The notes: a model not told the origin generated them from the sequence alone. 32,000 nucleotides of DNA from Nitrososphaerota archaeon (GCA_016871995.1 VHBL01000007.1:695-32694); one strand, 5' to 3'; shown: positions 14,368 through 24,290, counted from the stretch's first letter. Translations and numbers: made by a program.

Positions 14368-15108
14368 ATGCTGTGTAATATGGAGGAACAGAAGCATCCA
14401 CTTACAAGGCGGCAGTTCATCCAGAGGCTCAGGCGCTTGGGTTTGAGTAGGTATCAGGACAAACATCCCTTTACGGTGATACTCAACCAAGGCAAGCTGA
14501 CAAAGACGCAGCTGCAGGCCTATATTCTGAATTGGTACTATTTTGAAAAGATGATACCGCAGAAGGATGCTGGAATCATATCCAATTGCCCTATACCAGA
14601 AGTTAGAAGGATATGGGTTTCAAGGATTCTTCGCCATGATGGGTATGGCGATATTGAGGGTGCGACGGAAGGCTGGCTAAGGCTGTGCTTGGCCGCAGGG
14701 ATAGACCGTAATACTGTAATGAGGGCCCGGTTCCTGCCTGGAGTTAGGCTTGCAATAGATTCCTATGTCCAATACACAAAATCCAAAACATGGCTTGAGG
14801 GAATAGCAACATCGCTTACGCAAGTATTTCTGCCGAGACTTGTTGAAAGAAGGGTGAATGCTTTTGTGAAACATTATGAGGACTATGTTTCTCCCAAAGG
14901 TTTGGAGTATTTTATGTCCCTGCAGAATGCTGCGAAAGAGGGCAGCAAGATGGCCCTTGATTTAGTTCTTCGCTACGCTGCGACGAGAGAAGCGCAAGAT
15001 ATGGTTACCAACGCTGTACTGTATATGGACGATGTCCTGTGGAGCATACTTGATGCGATATATTCTGCTTACGTTGTCAGGAGTGCATCTCTGTCAGCCT
15101 CCATATGA
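14368..15108 (+). CDS. pqqC: Pyrroloquinoline-quinone synthase PqqC
   Basis: Strong resemblance to canonical PqqC: NWYYFEKMIPQKDAGIISNCP, RILRHDG, EGWLRLCLAAGI, FLPGVRLAIDSY and DVLWSILDAIYSAY. The start may be the ATG at 14380. Confidence 0.8.
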   Translation: MLCNMEEQKHPLTRRQFIQRLRRLGLSRYQDKHPFTVILNQGKLTKTQLQAYILNWYYFEKMIPQKDAGIISNCPIPEVRRIWVSRILRHDGYGDIEGATEGWLRLCLAAGIDRNTVMRARFLPGVRLAIDSYVQYTKSKTWLEGIATSLTQVFLPRLVERRVNAFVKHYEDYVSPKGLEYFMSLQNAAKEGSKMALDLVLRYAATREAQDMVTNAVLYMDDVLWSILDAIYSAYVVRSASLSASI

Positions 15109-15349
15109 TCTAGTACTGTTCTACCTAAAGATCCTCAGGTTAGCCTCTGCAGACGGGGGTTACAATATGAAGCCAGAATGAATACTCCTGTACTAGTGTC
15201 CTCCTCTCCCGGCATGAGAGGGGGATGCTACGCTGTTAATTCCTTCCCTGCATTTTTTGCGATGAATTGTTGGGTAGAGTACTTTACTCGAGTAAGAGTT
15301 ACTAAAACGTATCACATGAGCAATATTTTCCGTGTTTTTGTATTTAAAC

Positions 15350-15814
15350 TCAAAAAGTCGGATTTGAATTTCCGCCTGAAAGAGCGATTTCTATTACTTT
15401 TTTTGTGTTGGACGCATTTAGTGCCTTTTCATCCATAAAGAAAATCTCCCATATGTGCCCGTCTAGGTCTTCGAAACTGCGCCCGTACATCCATCCATGG
15501 TCTTGCGACTTTCTAGGCTCTTTGCCGCCTGCATCCAATGCCAATTTTATCATCTTGTCTACCTTTGCCCTGCTTTCAATAGATAGCGCGATCAGCACCT
15601 CTGTACTTTTCTTAGCATCAGAAACCTCCTTGTTTGTGAATGTCTTGAAGAACTTTTCAACCAAGAGCATTACGAATATGTCATCAGCGACGATCATGCA
15701 CGTTGCATTCTTATCAGTAAATTGGGGGTTAAACTTGAATCCGAGTTTGGTGAAGAACTTTATTGTCTTGTTGAGATTCTTAACAGGTAGATTGACAAAT
15801 ATTTGTTTTACCAT
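15350..15814 (-). CDS. VOC/glyoxalase-bleomycin-resistance family protein
   Basis: MVKQIFVNLPVKNLNKTIKFFTKLGF...DHGWMYGRSFEDLDGHIWEIFFMDE matches the VOC beta-alpha-beta-beta-beta pattern. Confidence 0.7.
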   Translation of the reverse strand: MVKQIFVNLPVKNLNKTIKFFTKLGFKFNPQFTDKNATCMIVADDIFVMLLVEKFFKTFTNKEVSDAKKSTEVLIALSIESRAKVDKMIKLALDAGGKEPRKSQDHGWMYGRSFEDLDGHIWEIFFMDEKALNASNTKKVIEIALSGGNSNPTF

Positions 15815-15918
15815 AGCATTTTAGAGTAGTCAATCTATAAAACTTTTGGAAAAAGTTGCCTTTTTGCAACAAAGGCCTCCCGATTCGAATTGTATGCATT
15901 ACAAGCCATCTCTATTTT

Positions 15919-16878
15919 CTAATAATCAGAGAGTCTCTTACCAGATTTCTGAAGAAATATCTTTAGTTCATTCAATGTTGGCACACTACGCGCTCCTTGC
16001 TTTGTGGTCGATACTGCCGCAACCAAATTAGCAAACCTGCAAGCGTCAACAAATCTTTTCTTATCAATCAGCGCAGAAATTAGTGCAGCAGAGAATGCAT
16101 CACCGGCTCCGGTAGTATCTATTGCATGAACATCAACCGGCACCTTGATTTCTTTTGTGTGGCTTTCGTTGATTATGCAGCCATCTTTTCCTAAAGTTAC
16201 TACGACAAGTCTGGGGCCGTAATCCCTGATGATCTTGAAACTTTCCTGTATGTCGTCACTATTGGTGAAGACCTTTACTTCTTCCGAATTTAATTTCAGA
16301 ATAGTAGTATAAGTAAGAATCTTTCTGAACTTTTCAATGCCTTTTACCGCAAATTTGAAGCCCGGATCGAATAGAACGCTTACGCCAGTCTGTGATGCAT
16401 ATTTTGCGGCGACTTCAAGTATCTCTACTGCTTCGTTATTTACGATGCTATGCAATGAAAGGAACGTCGAATTTTGTATATAGTCTTTTTTTACATCGCT
16501 CTTTGAAAAGGTCGACTGCACTCCACCATTTAGATACAAAATTCTCTGGCCCTTTTTGTTGACTATGGCTATTGCCATGCTAGAGCTGTTCTGCTCTATT
16601 TTTGCGCCGCTGATGTCGACTCCTTCCCTCTTGAATTCATCAATCAGAAATTTGCCAAAGTTGTCATTGCCTATCTTTCCGATAAAGCCAGATTTTTTCC
16701 CAAGCCTGCGGACACCGACGGCGACGTTTGCAGCAGAACCACCTCCTTGCAGTTCACTTTTCTCAGTTGTTGCCTCTTGGTCGGATTTTGCAAAATCTTT
16801 TACGTACAGCATGAGGTCTATGTTTGCTGCACCAATTGAAACTAAATCTAGCACAGTATCATCACTGACCACATGCAA
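15919..16878 (-). CDS. PfkB-family carbohydrate kinase (ribokinase-like)
   Basis: N-terminal GGSAANVAVG and the C-terminal PfkB signature DTTGAGDAFSAALISAL. Confidence 0.85.
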   Translation of the reverse strand: MHVVSDDTVLDLVSIGAANIDLMLYVKDFAKSDQEATTEKSELQGGGSAANVAVGVRRLGKKSGFIGKIGNDNFGKFLIDEFKREGVDISGAKIEQNSSSMAIAIVNKKGQRILYLNGGVQSTFSKSDVKKDYIQNSTFLSLHSIVNNEAVEILEVAAKYASQTGVSVLFDPGFKFAVKGIEKFRKILTYTTILKLNSEEVKVFTNSDDIQESFKIIRDYGPRLVVVTLGKDGCIINESHTKEIKVPVDVHAIDTTGAGDAFSAALISALIDKKRFVDACRFANLVAAVSTTKQGARSVPTLNELKIFLQKSGKRLSDY

Positions 16879-17016
16879 TAAAATCCTTACCGATGTTCAT
16901 CTCAGCGGTGTCTTTGTAGTGAGCCAAGGCGCAATCGCTGATGTTAGAAGTCATTTTGGACACTTAATAAATCCAAATCATAAGTATATACCGAGCAAAA
17001 CTCAACGGGTGATTGT

Positions 17017-17958
17017 ATGGGGACCACGCATAAGGTAATTTTTGGTAATTCGCTGAACATGAAAGAGTTGCGGAGGAACAGTATTCATTTGGTAGTAACT
17101 TCTCCGCCATATTTTAACGCGCCTTTCGATTATCCAGATTTTTTCAAAACCTACAAGGATTTTCTAGCACTTATCAAAGGTATGGCGAAGGAGCTTAAAC
17201 GAGTAGTCGCACCGGGCAGAGTTTGTTGCTTTGTTGTAGATGACATGCTTGTGGACGGTGAAAAGTTCCCTGTTGTTTCAGATGTTACACAAATAATGAC
17301 ACGATCAGGTTTCAGATATCGAGACAGAATAGTTTGGATAAAGCCCAAAGGCTATGTTAGGATTAGTCGGAGAAGCGGAGTTCTGTTGCAACATCCCTAT
17401 CCGATGTATTTCTATCCTGACAACATGCAAGAAAGCATCCTTATCTTCCAAAAGGGGAAGTTTGATTATTCTTATCTTAAAACTCTGCCTGCTGAGGTCT
17501 TGGCTAGATCAAAGATAGATGTCAAGGAGTTCAATCTTACGGATGCGCCCTTTATGGTTTGGGACGACCTAAGCGGGGAGGAAAGAAAACCTATTCCAAA
17601 CACGTGGCGGATCACTAATGTTCTGCCGATGAAAGGACGTTTGGAAGAGGGTGTGGCTGCCTTCCCCGGAGAAATCGCTAGACGGCTGGTAAAGCTGTTT
17701 ACATTTATTGGAGAGACTGTGCTTGACCCATTTGCAGGCTCGGGCACCACGCTCAAGGTTGCAAAAGAGTTAGGAAGGAATTCGGTTGGTTATGAAATTG
17801 ATTTGGAGCTTAAGCCAGTCATCGCAGAAAAACTTGGACTTGAACAAGCTACACTTTCGAACGACGCAGTCGAGTTTCTAGAAAGAGATGATGCGGGTCA
17901 TTTCCGAACCACCCTACAGGAAAAAGTGGAGCATAAAGAGAGTGTCGCTACAAGATGA
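17017..17958 (+). CDS. Beta-class DNA methyltransferase (N4-cytosine or N6-adenine)
   Basis: Motif IV VVTSPPYFN lies near the N-terminus and SAM motif I LDPFAGSGTT near the C-terminus (IV before I defines the beta class). Confidence 0.85.
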   Translation: MGTTHKVIFGNSLNMKELRRNSIHLVVTSPPYFNAPFDYPDFFKTYKDFLALIKGMAKELKRVVAPGRVCCFVVDDMLVDGEKFPVVSDVTQIMTRSGFRYRDRIVWIKPKGYVRISRRSGVLLQHPYPMYFYPDNMQESILIFQKGKFDYSYLKTLPAEVLARSKIDVKEFNLTDAPFMVWDDLSGEERKPIPNTWRITNVLPMKGRLEEGVAAFPGEIARRLVKLFTFIGETVLDPFAGSGTTLKVAKELGRNSVGYEIDLELKPVIAEKLGLEQATLSNDAVEFLERDDAGHFRTTLQEKVEHKESVATR

Positions 17959-18147
17959 GCGCATCAGAATAACTGCTGAAATTACTGGTATAAAATATGT
18001 TCCGAAACTTGGAAGGACGCTACACGAATTTTATATCTCATCACTGGCGGAGGCACTTTCGACAGATGTGTCGTTTTTTAGAAACGGATGATTGTACGTT
18101 AAGGGTTTATCTTGGATTTGGGCTGATTCTGGCGATGTTTTTTGTAG

Positions 18148-18222
18148 TGGGCCAGGGCGGACTTGAACCACCGACCTTCGCTGTGTAAGAGCGATGTCCT
18201 AACCAAGCTAGACGACTGGCCC
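18148..18222 (-). tRNA. tRNA-Val (anticodon UAC)
   Basis: Manual cloverleaf: acceptor GGGCCAG/CTGGCCC, anticodon arm TCGCT-CTTACAC-AGCGA, T arm GGTGG-TTCAAGT-CCGCC, discriminator A. Length 75 nt. Confidence 0.9.
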
Positions 18223-18286
18223 GAGCTGAGCCAGAACTTGCATTTTCTAATAAGCATTCTAACTTCATATTTTATTTCTGCAGGTC

Positions 18287-19750
18287 TTATTTCTTTATCC
18301 TGAAGCAAAGGCGTTTGATTTTGAACTCCCCGGGTGAAAGCTTGCAGAGCCAATCATGCACCCTCTGCCTGAGCTCCACCGCTATGTCCATGGTAATGCT
18401 GAGTTCTTCATCGGTAAAGTCTCCATGCGGGCTAATTATCTTGAGAATTCCGCTTGCAAGTTTCCTGATGCTCTTTTCGTCGCGAATCCCGAGATTTCCT
18501 CCCTCTGCTGAAAGTTCTACCCTCTCGGCAATATGGTGCTGAAAGTCTTCCTTCCTTAGCTGGTTCATGACCTCGCAGAAATACTGCGAAACGAATCCGT
18601 AACTCTTTGAAAGATGCAGATCGCTCTGCATGATCTTTGGCAGTTCCCAGCCAGGGATGAATCCGTGAATCCTATCGACAAAAGCAGAATCCCGCATGCA
18701 TTCAGGAATGACCCCTGAAAATTCTTCGCCAGGCAGGTTTCCCTTCACCTCTATATTACCCATGAAGACGAGCGAGCACGTGCTTCTGACGCGCTTTAGC
18801 ATGCCTCTTTCAAATTCGCCACTCTCCATGTAGTCTTTCAGTTTGCCCATCATCTCCTCAGGGTTTGCGAACTCGATCTTGCTTATTTCATCGAAGACTA
18901 CGCATTCCCTGACCCCTATCTCCCCCAGAGTCTTGAAGTTGCCATGATAGAATAACACTGCAGGGCTGACCTTTCCCCCTGAAAAGAGCCTTGTATAGTA
19001 TGAAATATTCTTGAAAAGAAACGATTTGCCTGTGGCTCTTGGTCCGAGCTCCAAGACGTTTACGTTCTGCTCGACCAGCGGGATGAGCCTCGAAAGCAGA
19101 AGCAGCTTCTGCCTGCGTGAATAGACTTCTGGGTTGAGCCCTATTGTATTGATTATTGAGGACATCCACTCTTCAGTTGAAAAATGCTTCCTCTTCCCGT
19201 TGAACTCCTCTATGTTGAAAGTAGAATACTGGAGGGGTTCGAACTCGGTCATGATGATTGGGGAGTTCAGCTCCTGCTGGGTTCCGTAGTTGAACTCTGG
19301 TGAATAATTTATTGTAGCAACTCCCCAAATGCCCGCCTCGAGAAGGTCTTTTTGCTTCTCGAGTAGGGATGCCCTGATTCTTGCATTGTAAATGCCCAGG
19401 CACGGCACTTCGACTCTGTGAATGCCATTTTTGATATCTACGCGTACCTTGAATTCGTCCAAAAGCGTGTATTGGCCTTTAGTAAATAGCTCGTGCAGGA
19501 CCCTGTCCTTCATCTTAGCTTCAGGGTAGTAGCGATTGACAAACTTGGCCATTTCTGCAAGGTCCTTGGGCTTGACACTGTCTCCGCAGAAACGCTTGAT
19601 AGCAGACTCGGCTATGAATCTTGGCAGTCTGCTAACCTCACGCAGCTCGTAAAGTTTCTTGTTGACTATCTGGTCAGGGAAGTTCCTCTTGAGCTTCGAA
19701 TCTAGAAGCTCCTGAGGGCTCTTCACTGACTGGGTAATCGTGGCTGGCAC
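18287..19750 (-). CDS. BrxL-like ATPase (Lon_2/TIGR02688 family) without a C-terminal Lon protease domain
   Basis: FSTEEWMSSIINTIGLNPE, RQKLLLLSRLIPLVEQNVNVLELGPRATGKSF (Walker A), VVFDEISK (Walker B) and DSAFVDRIHGFIPGWELPK follow the BrxL ATPase-domain pattern. It is 487 aa, versus roughly 680 aa for full BrxL as I recall it. Confidence 0.75.
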   Translation of the reverse strand: MPATITQSVKSPQELLDSKLKRNFPDQIVNKKLYELREVSRLPRFIAESAIKRFCGDSVKPKDLAEMAKFVNRYYPEAKMKDRVLHELFTKGQYTLLDEFKVRVDIKNGIHRVEVPCLGIYNARIRASLLEKQKDLLEAGIWGVATINYSPEFNYGTQQELNSPIIMTEFEPLQYSTFNIEEFNGKRKHFSTEEWMSSIINTIGLNPEVYSRRQKLLLLSRLIPLVEQNVNVLELGPRATGKSFLFKNISYYTRLFSGGKVSPAVLFYHGNFKTLGEIGVRECVVFDEISKIEFANPEEMMGKLKDYMESGEFERGMLKRVRSTCSLVFMGNIEVKGNLPGEEFSGVIPECMRDSAFVDRIHGFIPGWELPKIMQSDLHLSKSYGFVSQYFCEVMNQLRKEDFQHHIAERVELSAEGGNLGIRDEKSIRKLASGILKIISPHGDFTDEELSITMDIAVELRQRVHDWLCKLSPGEFKIKRLCFRIKK

Positions 19751-19837
19751 TGGCTACAAGTTATGGCAGCGGTTTATTTGGCGGTGATTCGATCTCCTTT
19801 AACAAAATTGTCAAGCTGGGCCAAGTTAGACATGCTG

Positions 19838-20845
19838 TCAATATTCGAACCTGCTTACCAGATAGTCTGACAGCTTCAGAAGTTTCTTTCCAGCTTCGCT
19901 TGGTATCTGCAGTATCCCTGCCCTAGCCTTCTCTGCATATTCTCTGGCAAGCTTGTTGGCATATTCAATTGAGCCTGCTTGTCTGAATACTCCCTTGGCG
20001 TGGTTGATCTTCTCTTCTCTAGGCTCTTCCTTTCCCATCAGCTTGTATATGCTCTGCAACTGCTGCTTTGAGCCATTATTGATAAGGTGCAAAACCAAGA
20101 TGTTCTTCTTCCCGTGAATTATGTTGTTGAAGATTGGCTTTCCTATCTTGGACGGGTTACCCATGATATCCAGCATGTCGTCGAATATCTGGTAGGCTAT
20201 CCCAAGGTTCTCCCCGATGCTGTAGAATAATTGGATATCTTCGTTGGTGCCTCTGCCGACTACTGCTCCGCAGGCTGCAGGCCCTGCCAAGAGAGCCCCG
20301 GTCTTGTTTCTGACCATTTCTATGTACTCTTCGATCGTCGTTTCGTCTTTCCTTGCAAGCTCTAAATCCAAAAATTCGCCAATGACCGTCGCCTTCGACG
20401 CAGCCCCGGCAATCTTGAGAATGTCATAAACTGCGCCTTCAGGAAGGTCAAAGTTCTTGTACTGCGAAAGTAGCGTATAGGTTTCGGATATCAAAAGGTC
20501 GCAGACCAGTATTGCCATGACTTCTCCACTTTCTGTATGCACGGTCGGAAGGCCCCTTCTCCTGTTTGCCCGGTCTATAATGTCGTCTTGGACTAGTGCT
20601 GCCGCATGTCCTATCTCATAGCTTACCGCCAGAGGGATAGCAGGTCTGTAATCGCCGCAGCATGCCTCGCAGGATAGGAGGCTGAGCATGGCACGTATTC
20701 GTTTCCCTTTGGAGACAGCTTTCCGTGCTATTGCATGGATCACGTAATTCTCGGGAAACAACTCTTCGATCTTGCTGTTTATTGCATCACGGTACTCTGC
20801 AAATTCCTTATCGTAGATAGCCCGAGACACGAAGTTGCCCACCAT
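19838..20845 (-). CDS. Polyprenyl (geranylgeranyl) diphosphate synthase
   Basis: First aspartate-rich motif LVQDDIIDRANRRRG and second motif IFDDMLD. Confidence 0.9.
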   Translation of the reverse strand: MVGNFVSRAIYDKEFAEYRDAINSKIEELFPENYVIHAIARKAVSKGKRIRAMLSLLSCEACCGDYRPAIPLAVSYEIGHAAALVQDDIIDRANRRRGLPTVHTESGEVMAILVCDLLISETYTLLSQYKNFDLPEGAVYDILKIAGAASKATVIGEFLDLELARKDETTIEEYIEMVRNKTGALLAGPAACGAVVGRGTNEDIQLFYSIGENLGIAYQIFDDMLDIMGNPSKIGKPIFNNIIHGKKNILVLHLINNGSKQQLQSIYKLMGKEEPREEKINHAKGVFRQAGSIEYANKLAREYAEKARAGILQIPSEAGKKLLKLSDYLVSRFEY

Positions 20846-21019
20846 TAAGCAGTATATTAGGATAATCAGATGCTTGTATTATCTTAATTTCGGCGTTCAA
20901 GCCAGATGAACTGTTATACACGTTGTTCAGCGGATTTTATCTTATGGAAATTCAACCTGCCAAAGAATTTTATTAAAAGATTTAAATCAATGCCAAAAGG
21001 CTCGTCATTAGGATAACAC

Positions 21020-21751
21020 ATGTTTCCAGCAGCCGCAGGTTATGACAGAGCCATTACTGTCTTCTCGCCTGACGGGAGGCTCTACCAAGTGGAATATGCC
21101 ATAGAGACTGTCAGAAGGGGAAGTTTAGCCGTAGGCGTCAAGACCAAGCAAGGCGTAGTCTTGGCAGTAGACGAGAAGCCTAGGAAGTTGCAGACATCAG
21201 GAGTCACTCAAAAGATATTCCAAGTTGATGATCACCTTGGCGTTGCAGCTGCAGGATATATCCCAGATGCAAGAATCCAAGTAGACCAAGCAAGGGTAGT
21301 TGCCCAGAGCAACAGGCTCATTTACGATGAGCCAGTGGATGTTGAAGTTTTGGCAAAGAGGATAGCCGATCTGTCCCAGCAGTTTACGCAGTATGCAGGG
21401 GTCAGGCCATTCGGAGTTTCGCTGATAATCTCAGGCGTCGACAGAAATGGACCTCAGTTATTCTTGACAGACCCCAGCGGCAACTATGTAGGCTATAATG
21501 CAGTAGCGATAGGTGCTGGAAGCGACCAAGTTACAGAGTTCTTCGAGCAGAAATATGCAGATGACATAAGCGTAGACAATGCCTGCATTCTGGCAATAGA
21601 GGCGATTTACCTAGTCAGCGAAGACAAGACAGGAACCAAGCATATCAAGATGGCCTTCATAGATGCTGATACGAAGAAGATGCGAAGGTTTACCGAGAAG
21701 GAAATAGAAAAGTATGCTGAAAAGGCCAAGAAGCCGGCTCCACCTAGCTAG
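21020..21751 (+). CDS. psmA: Proteasome subunit alpha
   Basis: N-terminus AAGYDRAITVFSPDGRLYQVEYA is the alpha-subunit signature. Confidence 0.95.
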   Translation: MFPAAAGYDRAITVFSPDGRLYQVEYAIETVRRGSLAVGVKTKQGVVLAVDEKPRKLQTSGVTQKIFQVDDHLGVAAAGYIPDARIQVDQARVVAQSNRLIYDEPVDVEVLAKRIADLSQQFTQYAGVRPFGVSLIISGVDRNGPQLFLTDPSGNYVGYNAVAIGAGSDQVTEFFEQKYADDISVDNACILAIEAIYLVSEDKTGTKHIKMAFIDADTKKMRRFTEKEIEKYAEKAKKPAPPS

Positions 21752-22164
21752 AGCCTCTTCCTGTGCTCAGTCCTGATGCAGGCATCCATAACGACCTCAA
21801 TACCAGCAACTCTAGCCTGCTTAGCTGCTTCTTCATTTACTATCCCTAGCTGCATCCATATTGCAAGAGGCTTTTTTGTAAGATTCTTCAGCTTTATCGC
21901 ATCGTCAACGACTGGAGGAACATCGTTAGGCCGCCTGAATATGTTGATAACATCAATTCTCTTTTTTAGGTCGTCGGGTATTGCCAGCAATGATGGGTAT
22001 GATCTTAAACCCATGATCTCTTCCGCAGTGGGATTGACGGGAATTATTTCGTAGCCATGCTCCCTCATGTATATGGAAACTGAATGGCTTTCTTTCGATG
22101 GATCTTTTGAGAATCCTACAACAGCTATGGTCTTCATGCGCTTTAAGATCGAGTCTATGCTCAC
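21748..22164 (-). CDS. CoA-binding domain protein
   Basis: KTIAVVGFSKDPSKESHSVSIYMREHGYEIIPVNP matches the CoA_binding_2 pattern. Confidence 0.75.
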   Translation of the reverse strand: MSIDSILKRMKTIAVVGFSKDPSKESHSVSIYMREHGYEIIPVNPTAEEIMGLRSYPSLLAIPDDLKKRIDVINIFRRPNDVPPVVDDAIKLKNLTKKPLAIWMQLGIVNEEAAKQARVAGIEVVMDACIRTEHRKRL

Positions 22165-22238
22165 AGAACTAATTTCATTTGAAATTATTTATCGTTTAGT
22201 GTGCAAGGTTATATTCAGCGTAGAATATGCTGTGCTAA

Positions 22239-22982
22239 ATGCGGCTCAAGGGTAAGGTTGCCATTGTAACTGGCTCAGCAAGGGGGATAGGCAGAGCAAT
22301 AGCTCTGGAGTTTGCAAAGGAAGGCGCATCTGTAATAGTGAATTATTCAAAATCAAAGACTGCTGCTGAAGAGCTTGCCAAGAGCATAGGGAGCAAAGCC
22401 ATAGCAGTCAAAGCTGATGTTTCAAAGAAGGAAGACGCTGAAAGATTATTGGCTTCAGCCAAGAAATTCGGAAGGCTTGACATACTTGTAAACAATGCAG
22501 GTCATTCTTCAGATAAAGTGTGGTTTGCCAAGCTTGACGATATAGATGATGTGTTATGGTATTCAGCGCTTGACATTGATCTGAAGGGGACGTTCCTCTG
22601 CTCAAGAGCCGCATCAAAGATAATGCTCAAGCAGGGCTCTGGAAAGATAGTCAACGTTTCGTCCATACCTGCGCTCGTCGGCGACGAAAGAGGTCTAGTG
22701 TATACAGTCGCTAAAGCTGGCGTGCTGGGGCTTACAAAGGCTCTAGCGAGGATGTTGGCACCGAAGATTCAGGTCAACGCAATGGTTCTCGGGAGTATCA
22801 AGACTGGATGGATAGACTGGCTAGACAATAAGGAGCTCGATGAAATAATGTTAGGAATACCGCTGAAGAGGCTCGGGAAGCCAGAAGACGTGGCTAAGTT
22901 GGCAGTGTTTTTGGCAAGCAGTGATTCCGATTTTATCACCGGGCAGAGTGTAGTAATCGACGGCGGAGAAACTATGTCCTAG
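22239..22982 (+). CDS. Short-chain dehydrogenase/reductase (FabG-like)
   Basis: TGSARGIG cofactor motif, NNAG, and catalytic YTVAKAG (YxxxK). Confidence 0.9.
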   Translation: MRLKGKVAIVTGSARGIGRAIALEFAKEGASVIVNYSKSKTAAEELAKSIGSKAIAVKADVSKKEDAERLLASAKKFGRLDILVNNAGHSSDKVWFAKLDDIDDVLWYSALDIDLKGTFLCSRAASKIMLKQGSGKIVNVSSIPALVGDERGLVYTVAKAGVLGLTKALARMLAPKIQVNAMVLGSIKTGWIDWLDNKELDEIMLGIPLKRLGKPEDVAKLAVFLASSDSDFITGQSVVIDGGETMS

Positions 22983-23003
22983 TCGAGCAGTTCAGGGTAC
23001 AAT

Positions 23004-24290
23004 ATGGCAAGTGAGCTATTCAATTTTGCATCAGTGATATTCTTCGCAGTATATGCGTTGATCATATTCAGAAATCTGAAGCGAATAAACTTGCCAGTAT
23101 GGGCCATAATGTTTGCAGGTGCAGTTGCGACAATATTCCTCCATGGGATTTCCCTCAAAGACGCTTATGCGGCTATAAACCTTGACGTGATCTTCTTCCT
23201 GATAGGGATGTTCTCCATTGTTGCAGGGCTGGAGGCTTCAGGCCTGTTGCAGTACTTCACCATACGGATACTTTCGTTTGCAGGCTCTCCCCAAAGATTG
23301 CTGCTGTTCATCCTTGTTGTTCTGGGAACAATGTCTGCATTTTTGATGAACGATACTATTGCTGTAGTTGCAACGCCTATCATGATAGGGTTTGCCAGAG
23401 CCATGAAGGTTAGGTCTTCTCCCTTTCTTATCACACTTGCGTTTGCGGTTAGCATAGGCAGCACGATGACTCCTATGGGTAATCCACAAAACCTACTAAT
23501 TGCATTGGATAGCGGCATTGAACGGCCTTTCTTTGACTTTGTCAGGCTACTCGCTATCCCCACAATCATAAACTACTTCCTGACATATATCGTTCTCAAA
23601 TTCTACTATAGGAGCGATCTCCAGAATGCTTCAAAACCTGCTGACCTCTCTCTTGTCCAGACTATAACTGACATGAAGCTTGCCAAGGCTTCGGGAATAG
23701 TTACTCTCTTTACGATTGTCGGATTTTTGGTATTGAACATTGCAAAGAATCTGGGATTTGAGACGGAATTGAACTTTGGCACAGTTGCTCTGTTGGGCTC
23801 AGCAATCCTCTATGCAATAAGCCCAAAGAGGAGGGAGATCATAAGAGGAGTCAACTGGAGCATAATAATATTCTTCATATCGATGTTCATAGTCATGCAG
23901 AGCGTCTGGAATGCTGGACTAATAGCTCTTTTGGCTTCGTATCTCCCTCCACTAACCCATACGGAATCTCTTTCCACAATTCTGAGCATTGTCGGTGCCA
24001 GCGTAATCCTGAGCCAAGTTATGAGCAACGTTCCATTTGTTGCAGTTTACATTAACCTGATGAAGAGTTTGGGTTTCAATTCTATGGATGTAGAGGCATG
24101 GGTAGCTCTTGCTGGCGCATCGACTCTAGCAGGGAACCTGACAATACTCGGGGCCGCGAGCACGATAATAATACTCGAAGTAGCCGAAGAGAAGGGCCAT
24201 ACTTTCAGCTTCTATGAATTCTTCAAGATAGGCTCTATCGTCACATTGGTCAACATTACTGTCCTTGTCTTGTGGCTGGTTCTCATTTGA
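23004..24290 (+). CDS. ArsB/NhaD-superfamily anion permease (CitMHS/SLC13-like)
   Basis: About 10-12 TM segments, with repeated MTPMGNPQN / GNLTILGAAS-type motifs typical of this permease fold. Confidence 0.7.
   Translation: MASELFNFASVIFFAVYALIIFRNLKRINLPVWAIMFAGAVATIFLHGISLKDAYAAINLDVIFFLIGMFSIVAGLEASGLLQYFTIRILSFAGSPQRLLLFILVVLGTMSAFLMNDTIAVVATPIMIGFARAMKVRSSPFLITLAFAVSIGSTMTPMGNPQNLLIALDSGIERPFFDFVRLLAIPTIINYFLTYIVLKFYYRSDLQNASKPADLSLVQTITDMKLAKASGIVTLFTIVGFLVLNIAKNLGFETELNFGTVALLGSAILYAISPKRREIIRGVNWSIIIFFISMFIVMQSVWNAGLIALLASYLPPLTHTESLSTILSIVGASVILSQVMSNVPFVAVYINLMKSLGFNSMDVEAWVALAGASTLAGNLTILGAASTIIILEVAEEKGHTFSFYEFFKIGSIVTLVNITVLVLWLVLI

Noticed and set aside
15178-15438. 86-aa ORF in the pqqC/VOC intergenic region
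   Set aside because: It overlaps the 3' end of the VOC gene on the opposite strand and spans terminator-like hairpins (tactcgagta palindrome, T-runs). The translation is implausible.
15405-17038. ORFs 15405-15824 and 16556-17038, and similar cases (3604-3861, 4350-4760, 11298-11579, 12403-12733, 18315-18542, 18888-19403, 21776-22054, 23165-23569, 24428-24682, 25080-25394, 25724-26149, 26612-27445, 27980-28321, 28673-28975, 29271-29594, 30129-30495, 30708-31439)
   Set aside because: All lie antisense to, or out of frame within, much better supported genes. Their translations are S/L/P/R-rich in the way shadow frames usually are.
17017-18222. A second integrated element using tRNA-Val as its attachment site
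   Set aside because: There is no integrase, and I could find no repeat of the tRNA-Val 3' end (tgggccagggcgg) elsewhere in the window. It is kept only as a weak possibility inside the MTase/BrxL-like finding.
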